Of a DNA stretch of 64,000 nt, positions 37,229 through 48,137 are shown in pieces (the stretch's first letter is position 1; each line of letters begins with the position of its first letter). The translations under genes and the position numbers were made by a program. The notes under the pieces are model-generated. The model was given only the letters and a program-made list of their open reading frames with translations. It ran no database searches and had not been told where the DNA came from. Where the stretch lies: NCBI GenBank assembly GCA_052327205.1, contig CM126220.1:50716001-50780000 (forward strand). Direction: 5' to 3'. The DNA is from Somniosus microcephalus. Taxonomy: Eukaryota.

Positions 37229-37754
37229 AGGAAGGATGTTCTTGCCATGGAAGGAGTTCAGCGAAGATTCACCAGGCTGATACCTGGGATGGCAGGAATG
37301 ACGTATGAGGAGAGATTGGGTCAATTGGGCTTGTACTCGCTGGAGTTTAGAAGAATGAGAGGGGATCTCATTGAAACTTATAAAATTCTGACAGGACTGG
37401 ACAGACTAGATGCAGGAAGGATGTTCCCGATGGCCGGGGAGTCCAGAACCAGGGGTCACAGTCTAAGGATAAGGGGTAGACCATTTAGGACAGAAATGAG
37501 GAGGAATTTCTTCACCCAGAGAGTGGTGAACCTGTGGAATTCTCTACCACAGAAAGCAGTAGAGGCCAATACATTAAATATATTCAAGAAGGAGTTGGAT
37601 ATATTTCTTAAGGCTAAAGGGATCAAGGGGTATGGGGAGAAAGCAGGGACCGGGTACTGAATTTGGATGATCAGCCATGATCGCATTGAATGGCGGAGCA
37701 GGCTCGAGGGGCCGAATGGCCTACTCCTGCTCCTATCTTCTATGTTTCTATGTT
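37229..37754 (+). mobile_element. 5'-truncated young CR1 (same family as 14018-15034)
   Basis: RKDVLAMEGVQRRFTRLIPG...; TSD TAATTG (37223-28, 37755-60). Confidence 0.92.
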
Positions 37755-38127
37755 TAATTGGAAAAACAGGGATGTGCCAAATTTTTGAGAAAAACATTGT
37801 ACCTAAAATGAGCGTCCGTAAGTGAAAATGTTCTCCTTTTGATTCAAATACATAAAATACACACAAAAAGAAAACCAATTCTGGCACCAAAATTAGATTT
37901 TAAATCCTCCTTCAAAGTTAAGAACTATCCCCAATTACATTGTGGATACAATGGGCGACTATCAGAAGTAATTTAATTTCTCATATGTTCAGTCTTTCAC
38001 AACATGAATACAAACTGTAGAACTCAGAAGCAAAAAAATAATCTGAAGAAAGCCCACCTACAGAACCTGCACAGGTACATCCCATTTGGTGGGATATATG
38101 TTCTTATGGAATGATTTTAAATTTTAC

Positions 38128-38365
38128 CTTGTTCTGTTGTGATTTCTTTGCCGTATCTTTTTCAGACCCAAGTTTAAACTTTTTATATGTAGTAAAGCTG
38201 TATTCGATATCACCGTCCACAAAAGTATATGGGTCATTAAGTTCCCCAGGACCTTCGCCATGTTGCTGCATAAGTCTAGTTGGGTCCAGGTAGTTAATTT
38301 CCTGGATGTGTATCTGTATCCTCTCTTCTGAAACCTTGAACCGTTTATGGGGTTGTGCTAGAAGT
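38128..38365 (-). CDS. MED13L: MED13L exon 11 (238 nt), LLAQPHKRFK...DPYTFVDGDIEY...
   Basis: ttttag|ACT ... CAAG|gtaaaa; ORF 38104-38382. Confidence 0.93.
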
Positions 38366-38478
38366 CTAAAAATGAAAAGCAATTACCATTTTACATTAAA
38401 AACAGAAAATTATGGAAATAAACAGTTTAGTCAGCATCAGTAAAGAATATAAAAGCAAAATACTGCGGATGCTGGAAA

Positions 38479-38615
38479 ACTGAAATAGAAACAGAAAATG
38501 CTGGAAATACTCAACAGGTCAGGCAGAATCTATGGAGAGATCTCGGTGGTTTCGCTCTCTACAGATGCTGCCTGAGCTGCTGAGTATTTCCAGCACTTTT
38601 TGTTTCTATTTCAGT
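38479..38615. repeat. Inverted repeat with 61-bp arms and about 15-nt loop, made of Penelope-like tail sequence
   Basis: Arms 38479-38539 and 38555-38615 match at 54 of 61 positions by hand count. Confidence 0.9.
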
Positions 38616-38619
38616 GAAG

Positions 38620-39050
38620 AATATGAGCAGCTTAGGAAAAAGGTTGAAAAGGCAATTAGAAAGTAAAGAGGAAATATGAAATGCAAATATCAAACAATAT
38701 ACTGTAAAAAGTAAGAGTTTTGTATCCTATTGGCACATAAGTAATAAAAGGAGAATTAAGAAAGGGATAGGGCCACGAAGCAATAAGCAAGATAAACACA
38801 CAGGAGATGATACTGAAATGGCAGGGATGCTGAATAGATACTTCGCCTCGGTTTTCAAAGAAGAAGCTAACAAAGAGGAAATAACAACAATAGAAGTCAA
38901 GTGGAATATTACAACAGTTAAGATAGAAAGATGATAGTGACAAGATTCAGATGGATTGCGAAGATTCACAAGCAAAGAAACGAATTAGGAGATGGGAAAG
39001 GCACTAATATCCATATGTAAAAATGCAACAGAAAAAGGAAATTTTCCAAA
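38620..39050 (+). mobile_element. Old CR1 ORF2 fragment
   Basis: ...IGPRSNKQD...EMAGMLNRYFASVF linker motif. Confidence 0.6.
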
Positions 39051-39239
39051 TGTACAGCGTCAATTCATTCATGATCAAGGAAGGTAATTCGCTCCTATTT
39101 TACTCGTACAATTTTCGAGAACATTCTGAAACCAGTCATATCTCAAGGTTCTTGGTTCTACCTAAATTACAGACCAATTAAGTTTAGATGGAAAGTTAGC
39201 AAGGGAACACTTTGGATTGGATTGCAAAGAACTGGTGGG

Positions 39240-39615
39240 GAAGAGTAATGGTTATGTTACTGGGCAATTAATAATCCAGAGGATGAGCGTTCAAATCGAA
39301 TCATGGTTGTTCAAGAATTAGAAAACAGTTTTTAAAAACACGTGGGCATCAGTAAAGTGATCATAAAGCTGTCAGATCGTCAGGAAAAACCCAACTGGTT
39401 CACTATTGTCCTTTCGGGAAGGAAACCTGCCATCCTTAGCTGGTCTGACCAATACTTGACTAGTCCCACACCGATGAGGCTAGCTCTTAACTGCCCTCTG
39501 GAGTGATCTAGCAAGCCATTTAGTTGGATCAAACTGGCACCACTTTTCAGGGTAACTCTGGATAGGCAATAAATGCCAAGCCTTGCCAGAAATGCCCATA
39601 GCCCGAGAATGAATA
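39240..39615 (+). mobile_element. Degraded tRNA-type SINE sharing its 3' tail with the LINE at 46862-48129
   Basis: B-box-like GTTCAAATC; tail GGATAGGCAATAAATGC..GCCTTGCCAG. Confidence 0.65.
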
Positions 39616-40185
39616 TATTAAATAAAGGTCAGTAATGAAGAACAAAAATACTAATGAAGATTGAAATCATAATAGCCTTAAGATAGGAATGCACACTGTA
39701 TTCTAGCTCTAACGTGATGTTGAGTGGTAGGATAAAGGTTTTTTTTTCATGATTCTCCGGAGTTCTTGACCTCAAATATAATGCTGATGGGTAGGTAACA
39801 AATAGAGGCAGCTGCTTCCCCACAGGGAGGGAGGGAAACATCTTCCTAGATCATATTCACAAACCATTTGGTGACTGACCATAAACAAATAGTGGGAGGA
39901 GACCTCGGAGCAGGTCAGATGCAGGAAAGATGCGAGAGAAAATTTAAGACACTGTGTTGCCAGGCTATTGAAGTGCAGGAGCATCGGAGGCAAGGCTGAT
40001 CCTATCCTGACCCAAAGTATACTCATGCCCTTCCACCAAAATTCACTGACTCACTATAACTTTGACCGCTTTTCTGCTTCTTATCCCAGAGCCCCGGGTC
40101 TGACTGTTGTGCTCAAAACACCAGCTCAGCTGAGGCCAGTTAACTCAAGATCAAACCTAGGATCTTCATTTACATGGCATCAGTA

Positions 40186-40508
40186 CAGGAAACTTTCGAT
40201 TAACCGGCCCCTAAATAACCGGAAATGTCGGTTAACCGGCAAAATTCAGGAGTAGGTTCAGGTAACTTTTATTACTTGCCTTGCTCCATGTGTTGCTGTG
40301 CAAGGGTGTGGCTGCAGCTGTTGCTAAGCTACAGAGACACTTGCAACTTGTGGCCATTGTTTTGAACCTGTTGCTAAGCAACGGGGTTTGTTGCTTTATA
40401 CGGAGCTCTCAGCTCCGTATCTTTTACTATAGCGTTCGGTTATTCGGAATTTTTGATGAACCGGCACCACGTCGGTCCCGTCCGTGCCGGATAAAAGAAA
40501 GTTTCCTG
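40186..40508. mobile_element. Tigger-like MITE, copy F (subfamily of A, inverted)
   Basis: TIRs; TA at 40184-85 and 40509-10. Confidence 0.9.
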
Positions 40509-41963
40509 TATTTACTGCCTTGCCGAGCTGAGCTACTGGGGAGTTCTCCCAACCCAGCATTTTTTTAAACCAAACCTGAAATTAAACCATGAGATTTAAA
40601 TTTAAACTAAATAAAGTTAAATTTAAAAGCATAATACAAATGACAAGCATTGCCCTCACTCCAGTTTCCATAAAATTTTCTTCATGGGTTACCCACAGAG
40701 ATAAAAATGACCTGCCCAAATAAATGAAGATTTTCCAAAATCTTTCAAAGTAATCTTGTCCCTTTGATACACTACTCCATGAGCTAATATTTATCCCCGT
40801 TTTCAGAAGTGTCCACTTGCACTTAGTTTCCAGGCAAACCGTCTCCTTTTCTATTTTTGCCTCCATTCTTTTGCTAAGTTTCTATTTTATTGTCACCCTT
40901 TATTTTTTTCTGCTTCTTGTGTCTCCTTGCACACACTTCGATGTGTTCTCATTTTTCCAGTTACTATCCCTTCGCTGCCCCACAAAAGGCCAGTTCAGCT
41001 TCTCTACGCAATTTCTCTCATCCTCTGGATTCTTAGAATTCCTCAGAAATTCAAGCTATCGGTTTCCATAAACAGCAATGAATAATTGTAGTGTTTTCCC
41101 ACCAACACACACAAAGTTTGAAAAATGACAAATAGTAAAACCATAACGCATTATATATGTTTTCTCAAATTCATTGGGAAATCTTCATGACTAAAAATCC
41201 TTATTTAAAGGCAGCCCAACAGCTACAGCCCAAATTACCTGGCAATGACATTTGCAGCTGATGAAAATTTTGCTGACATAGTTTTTGCAGCATTTGATGG
41301 TAAGAATGCAGTAAATATGCTCACTTTATTGATAACAATTTGTTAAATTGGAATTTTTCAGGTGTTGCTTATCAGAGTTTATAGTCACCAAGATAAAAGA
41401 TATGCTGTGCAAGACTTTTAGATCTTTTTTTTTTGTGGGGGGCAAAAATGTCGATGCGGTTTGTGCAATGCCAATTAATACTGAAGTAACTAGGACTGGC
41501 TCTGGAGCACTTTACTTTTGTTCACTGTACTTGGAATCAAGTTAAAAGGCCTTCCTTTCAACTGCCAATTTGGATTCACTAAGATGAACAATTGTACGCA
41601 TCTACTACACTTAAGTATACGTTTTGAATAACAGAATTTATATGCAAGAGGAAATGTTGCTTTACAACACAGTCCAAATGCCTATTTACCATTCCATCTA
41701 ATCTGTTAATTGTTCATCATTCCATTCACTAGTCATTGTGCATCAATCTTCACTCAGACTTAGCTAATGTAAAACATCTGTTTTAGCACTGCGACATACT
41801 GTGTTTACATCTCAAAAATGTTAAACCTATGAACTCCTACAAGGCAGATCATGAATTATTTCCATTAAAAAAAATCCAAATCACACTTCAATGCACCACC
41901 TGAAAATCTCAGTAAAGATACAAGCTAAATAATTTAATACAAATGATCTTCCACAAATATTAC

Positions 41964-42698
41964 CGTCTTAGTGCTGAACCATCTGGATTATCCATTTTGT
42001 TGTCACATCTGTCACAGTGCAGTTCTGGTGGCCTGAACTCTCCCTCTACATGGGTAGGAGTCTTGTAACACTGCCATGAAATTTTGTCCGATGACTCCAA
42101 ATTTTGTGCAGTGATACCATTATATAAAGTCGTCTCGCTGACCTCCGGCACTGGTGGTAGTCTTTGTGATAAAAGCCCAGTCTTATCATCAAGGCTGGGG
42201 ATTGCCTGAAGTTCTAGACCATTGCTATACAGCAATGGATTAATGGGCACAGGAGCTCCTTCCAAACCTTCTGCCTCTGGACCCCTCGGTTGGGGGCTGA
42301 GAGTTGGTGGAAGTGGAGAGATGGGAGAATGTGGTGAATCCATAGGATTCAAATTTAGTGGCTTGCTCTGGTTTCCTGGAGGCCCAGATGCTGGCTTGCC
42401 ATACTTCCTGCTGCTGTGCATTTCTAAGGAGACATCAATACCAACCAATCCAAGCTTCTGTCCTGTGGGATCCTGCTCCATACAAAGCTCATCTGTTAAT
42501 GAGGGTCGATGATGAAATGGAGTCATAGGTCGTTTCTGCTGCTTATCTCCTTTTTCCTGCTTCTCATTTGTTTTGTGCTTAGAAGAGGCAGACGATGGCA
42601 AGGAAGAAGCGGAAGGAAGCCCAGTATTAAAGCCAGGCTGGGAGATGGATGGAGGGCGGTTTGTGCCCATTGTACTTCGCTGTTTTAGAAGCTTTTGC
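41964..42698 (-). CDS. MED13L: MED13L exon 10 (735 nt), QKLLKQR...[11 protein letters not shown]...[20 protein letters not shown]...
   Basis: tttttcag|GCA ... GACG|gtaata; ORF 41960-42715. Confidence 0.95.
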
Positions 42699-43014
42699 CT
42701 GAAAAATAAAAACATTCAGAAGCTATATTCAATAATAATGGAACACTCAATGTGTAGTTTCAAAAGTGACTCCAAGCAGCAACATTTCCTCTTCAGACAG
42801 AATTGAGAAGACAATATTGAGTGGTAACTTTAGATGAGAAGTTTAAAAACATCTTTTCAAAGTATTACAGAGAGATCACATCGACAGCACACAACCTAAC
42901 TTAATTTTTTCAACCTCCATATAGAAATAGCAATATACCAAGCAATTACAAAATAATTAACAAATTATATTAGCAGTTAGGGTCTGTGTCTTGGGCGGGG
43001 GGGGGGGGGGGGGG

Positions 43015-43531
43015 GGGAAAGAGAATTTTAACATGAAAAAATGGGTGGGTTGGGGGCAAGGGGAAGTTAAATTATTAAAAATCTAAATCCCGACCCAACC
43101 CGCCCAATTTCGGCTTTTACTTTGGCGGGACGAGGGGCAGGCAGCCCACCCGCTGCTAGGAGTCGGGTTGGCATTTTAAATGTGATAATGAAGCCCTGAA
43201 GCCTCTGCTTTAACCTAGTCTGCAGGTTTTATTGCAGCCAGGCCTGAGGAGTCCTGGTAGCTGCAGCAAGGTGAGCACAGCCTCAGGGAGCAATCCTTGT
43301 GGGCCAAGAGGAGGTGTGCTTTCTCCCAGGCCCCCAAGCTTGCCCACCATCAAGCTACCCCATACAAGCACCACCACCGCGCCCCCCCCCCCCCCAACCT
43401 CAGGGAACCCGCCCATGATGTGTCACGCACGCTGTGGAGTTAAAACTCCACAGCCTGTGGAGAAACCCGACTTCCGGGATTCCCACGGCCCCCTCCACTC
43501 CGGATGGGTCAGAAAGTTCAAAATTCCAGCC
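43015..43531. mobile_element. GC-rich Harbinger-like non-autonomous element
   Basis: Degenerate ends GAGAATTTT...AAAATTCCAGCC; composition like 28636-29452. Confidence 0.4.
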
Positions 43532-44039
43532 TTTAAGTCAGCAGTGCAAACTGGCTGAAGCCGAATAAAAATTATAAATCAACAGCATGAACAACTGCAA
43601 AATATTCAAATACTTTACTGGAGGCGCAAAATGCTTGTGCCAGTGGGATTTTAATCTGTTTCTAATTAAATTGATATTGGGCTGTTGAAATTTGTCGATT
43701 CAAACGTTGTCAAATGAAAAAAGTTTGTTGTTCTAGGCACCATTTGTAAATCTGGTTGTTATGGGATGGTCCCCAATTAACAACAGTCCTGCCAAAAACA
43801 GATGAAAAGCTGAGATAACAACCACACAAGCTCTTATCTCAAGATGTTATAGTCTTGGCATAAGGATGCAATGTTTTTACAGTTGGCATGAAGGAATTGC
43901 ACTTGGGACAATCCCCCAAGATAGCCTTCCAGCAAACAGATGGTCAGGATGTGCCCTTATGCCAGGTCTGGAGTAGCATCACACTTTTCAAAGTCAGAAT
44001 AGACCACAGATTGTTATGTCAATGGGAATGATCAATGAC

Positions 44040-44420
44040 ACTGAAAATTAATTTTCAAGCTGCAATGGACCAAAGGCTGAAGTTGAATCAACTGGAACAG
44101 ACAAGCCCAGTTAGGCCTTGATGGACTGATAACTGATGCATGGCAAGTACAGGCCAAAGAAAGTACAGTATCAATGGGCAAGTGAAGCTTACAAAAACTG
44201 ATAAAGCACTTCCAGAAAGATTTGCAGAACTTTCTGGAATGGTTAATTATACCATTTACAGATGGAGATGGGGAATACAATAACTGGAAAACTTGTAGAC
44301 TTTTATGGATACATAAGGACAGCATGCTACCAACAATGGAAGAAAAGGCAATGATGCAATGGAGTATCAGGCCAAATGGAAGGTCACCTGACCAAAATTA
44401 GAAAGCAGTAAAGCAAGTTT
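44040..44420 (+). mobile_element. Very old LINE (RTE-like) RT N-terminal remnant
   Basis: Hand translation GLDGLITDAWQ...IIPFTDGDGEYNNWKTCR...GRSPD resembles GPDGI.E.WK...IPI.K.KGD..C.NYR...GRST.D. Confidence 0.35.
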
Positions 44421-45404
44421 CTTAAATGGACAGTGTTCCCAAGGCAATTGTCCCCCAAACATTGGTGATACTATCTAAGGCTGTATCTTCATTACAAGCA
44501 TCACAACAGTCAATTGGTTTCGATGTTTTTTTTTCTCCAGAAAATGGTCACAGCAGGTAGAAATGCTGGTTCCACCCAAATGAAGGGGAGAGTGAAAAAC
44601 TTGTTACTTCACATGTATGTCACTGCTCACAACTTGTCATGTTTCCCCATTACTTTTGACATTTGACTTTGCTGAAATAGTATCTTGACAAAATTACAGT
44701 ATTAGTAACATCCTATTGGCTTGTGGATGCTGCATGAATAAAGTCGCTTTGGGTAGACAAAAAATTAATTTCATAAAAGGAATCAAAACATTCAATGTTC
44801 ACAATACCTATACACTGATGTACAAATGATGCAATACTTGACAGCTTAAGATTAAGCATAATATATATTTTTGGTACAAGCAGTTCAGCATTTATCTCCC
44901 AAATTAAGTGGGGAGTTTGAACCATGAGGTTGCCCCAGACCCACTTACCTTCGTTCCCGCAGTTCTTACTTCACAATGGTAAATTGCTGCTTCTCAAGGT
45001 AGTTTGGGGATTTGGGGGGGGGGGGGGGGGGTCGAAGGAGGTGGGACAAAGAGACAGAGAAGGAAGAGGAAGTCGCCATGACTAGCTTTCTTCGCTTAAC
45101 TCATATTTTCTGCTGTCATCAACTGACAAACAGAATTGATGCAGCCGAGAGGGGGAGGGGGAATAGCAGGGAGTATCTATTGTACAATCCACCCTCATCC
45201 ATCCATTTGGGAGGTTTTTTACTGTTGTTTTGGCTTCTGAAAGGGTGGGGGCAGGGTAAGAAGAATACTGAAAATATGTTTACACACATTCGTTGGAAAC
45301 CAGTGCACTACCAGATGATAAAGTATGGAAAAGTCACATCATAGGACTTGCATAAGCAGAGCAATGCAGCTAGTTTGTTTGCTACATAGAGAGAGATATC
45401 CTAC

Positions 45405-45506
45405 CTTGAACAAGAACAATTTACTCTTTGGCCAGGCTCTGTAAAATCCCAGGAAGCAGCATTGCTGGCCACCTCTTCCTCAGAATTTTCACTTGTTGAG
45501 TGTCTT
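45405..45506 (-). CDS. MED13L: MED13L exon 9 (102 nt), RHSTSENSEEEVASNAASWDFTEPGQRVNCSCSR
   Basis: Read by hand (absent from ORF track); tttaaaag|AAG ... CAAG|gtagga; matches the WDF.EP..RV.CSCSR motif. Confidence 0.9.
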
Positions 45507-45937
45507 CTTTTAAACATGTGTATTAAAAAATACCAAGTCAGTTGCGCTATGGATACCTCTTAAAATATTCAACTTTACAAATCAACTCGGCACTGCATGA
45601 AGATTAAATTTCGCTTATTTTGGTTGAATGTTTCCATTTTATAAATAACTTTTCATTGTCATTAATACTGCATTCTTTTGCTGACAGGCCTCAACATAAA
45701 AAAGCAGTAGTCCTGTATTTGTTCATAGATTTAATTTTCTGCTTATTAAAGCAAGTAGCAGGATTTTTTAAAATATACTTACATCAATGGAAAATGGCCA
45801 AATTTAGGGTGCTTCAGCTTTCAGGCATTATCAGTGGACGGTCTGGTCTCTTCTATTGAGTGTCAATTTTATCAAGGTGAAGGCAAACATATGTGGGATA
45901 TCCTCTAGCTAATGGTTTTAAATGGATGTGAACAAAA

Positions 45938-46252
45938 GGGGGCACGGTGGCATAGTGGTTAGCACTGTTGCCTCACAGCACCAGGGACCCGGGTTCAAAT
46001 CTGGTCTCGGGCAACTGTCTGTGTGGAGTTTGCACATTCTCCCTGTGTCTGCGTGGGTTTCCTCCGGGTGCTCCGGTTTCCTCCCACAGTCCAAAGATGT
46101 GCAGGTTAGGTTGATTTGGCTATGATAAATTGACCCTTAGTGTTACGGGATTAAATACATGGGGTTACAGGGATAGGGTGGGATATGTGTCGGTGCAGGC
46201 TCGATGGGCCAAAATGGCCTCTATCTGCACTGTAGATTCTGTGATTCTGTGA
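45938..46252 (+). mobile_element. HE1-type V-SINE (elasmobranch)
   Basis: A box TGGCATAGTGG, B box GGTTCAAATC, V domain GTGGAGTTTGCACATTCTCCC...GGGTTTCCTCCGGGTGCTCCGGTTTCCTCCCAC, CR1-type tail (ATTCTGTG)2. Confidence 0.88.
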
Positions 46253-46861
46253 AAACTGCCCACAGGATGCACTCTATAGAAGATGGATCACACTTTAAAG
46301 TCCAGATTGGATGGGTTTATGCTATTTTCCGGGGAAATGGCAACTGTTCACATGCCAAAATGTTCTAAGAGCATAAACTTTAACCTGAACAAAATGCTTG
46401 CAAAATAGGCAGATATTAGAACACATTAACTAATTGTCACAGTCACCTAAAGCGCAGTTGGTAAAGATAAAATATAATGAACCATAAAAACCAGTAAGTC
46501 CAATGGTTAACCATCTGTTGTGTCAAGTTAGTTGAATTGACCTGTGACAAATGGCTTAATGCTTGCTTCACATGTGGGTTAAGGAAGCCTCTTTTTTGTC
46601 CTTGTGTAGTATGGCGGGCAGAACACTTCCGGCCTCCGTGTGCACATGCTTCCTGCCCGCCAGTTTGGGACCTTAGGAGTGCAGCACCTGAAAAATGGGC
46701 ACGGCGAGACCTAATTTCTTGGTCTTTAAGGTCAACAGAAGCAGGAAAAAAGCAGAACATTTCGGGAAATAGTGGTTTTCCAGAACTTTGATAGGTTAGA
46801 AATGCGTACGGTTAATATAGAAACAGAAAAGAATTTAGCAAAAGGGAAAGCATGTAAAAGA

Positions 46862-48129
46862 AATGATGCCCAGTTTGGGTTCCGCCAAGACCACTCGGCT
46901 CACGACCTCATTACAGCCTTGGTCCAAACATGGACAAAGGAGCTGAATCCCAAAGGTGAGGTGAGAGTGACTGCCCTTGACATCAAGGCAGCATTTGACC
47001 GAGTGTGCCATCAAGGAGCCCCAGTAAAACTGAAGTCAATGGGAATCAGGGGAAAATGCTCCACTGGCTGGAGTCATACCTAGCACAAAGGAAGATGGTT
47101 GTGGTGGTTGAAGGTCAATCATCACAGCCCCAGGACATCGCTGCAGGAGTTCCTCAGGGCAGTGTCCTAGGCCCAACCATCTTCAGCTACTTCATCAATG
47201 ACCTTCCCTCCAACATAAGGTCAGTAATGGGGATGTTCACTGATGACTGCACAGTGTTCAGCGCCATTCACAACTCCTCAGATAATGAAGCAGTCCATGC
47301 CCGCATGCAACAAGACCTGGACGACATTCAGGCTTGGGCTGATAAGTGGCAGGTAACATTCGCGCCACAGAAGTGCCGGGCAATGACTATCTCCAACAAG
47401 AGAGAGTCTAACCACCTCCCCTTGACATTCAATGGCATTACCATCGCCAAATCCCCCACTGTCAACATACTGGGGGTCACCATTAGCCAGAAACTTAACT
47501 GGGCCAGCCACATAAATACTGTGGCAACAAGAGCAGGTCAGATGCTAGGTATTCTGCGGCGAGTGTCTCACCTCCTGACTTCCCAAAGCCTTTCCACCAT
47601 CTACAAGGCACAAGTAAGGAGTGTGATGGAATACTCACTACTTGCCTGGATGAGTGCAGCTCCAACAACACAAGAAGCGCGACACCATCCAGGACAAAGC
47701 AGCCCGCTTGATTGACACCCCATCCACCACCTTAAACATTCACTCCCTCCACCACCGGCATACCGTGGCTGCAGTGTGGACCATCTACAAGATGCACTGC
47801 AACAACTCGCCAAGGCTTCTTCGGCAGCACCTCCCAAACCCGCGACCTCTTCCACCTAGAAGGACAAGGGCAGCCAGCGCATGGGAACACCACCACCTCC
47901 AAGTCACACACCATCCTGACTTAGAAGTATATCGCCGATCCTTCATCGTCGCTGGATCAAAATCCTGGAACTCCCTACCTAACAGCACTGTGGGAGTACC
48001 ATCACCACACGGACTGCAGCAGTTCAACAGGGCGGCTCACCAGCACCTTCTCAAGGGCAACTAGGGATAGGCAATAAATGCTGGCCTTGCCAGCGACACC
48101 CAGATCCCATAAAACGAATTTAAAAAACA
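46862..48129 (+). mobile_element. 5'-truncated non-LTR retrotransposon of the CR1/L2 group, distinct from the other CR1 families here
   Basis: QFGFR, ALDIKAAFDRV, GVPQGSVLGP, MFTDD; TSD GTAAAAGA (46854-61, 48130-37). Confidence 0.88.
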
Positions 48130-48137
48130 GTAAAAGA

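Noticed and set aside
7852-40508. Recurrent palindromic repeats as a CRISPR-like array
   Set aside because: They are dispersed 280-340-bp elements with TIRs and TA duplications, with no repeat-spacer periodicity.
39620-40560. Ancient LF-SINE-like element hosting MITE F (similar pieces near 55860 and 60600)
   Set aside because: Too degraded to name or delimit without a repeat library.
30311-42806. + strand ORFs overlapping exons 10, 11 and 17
   Set aside because: Antisense shadows of real coding exons with no independent protein signal.
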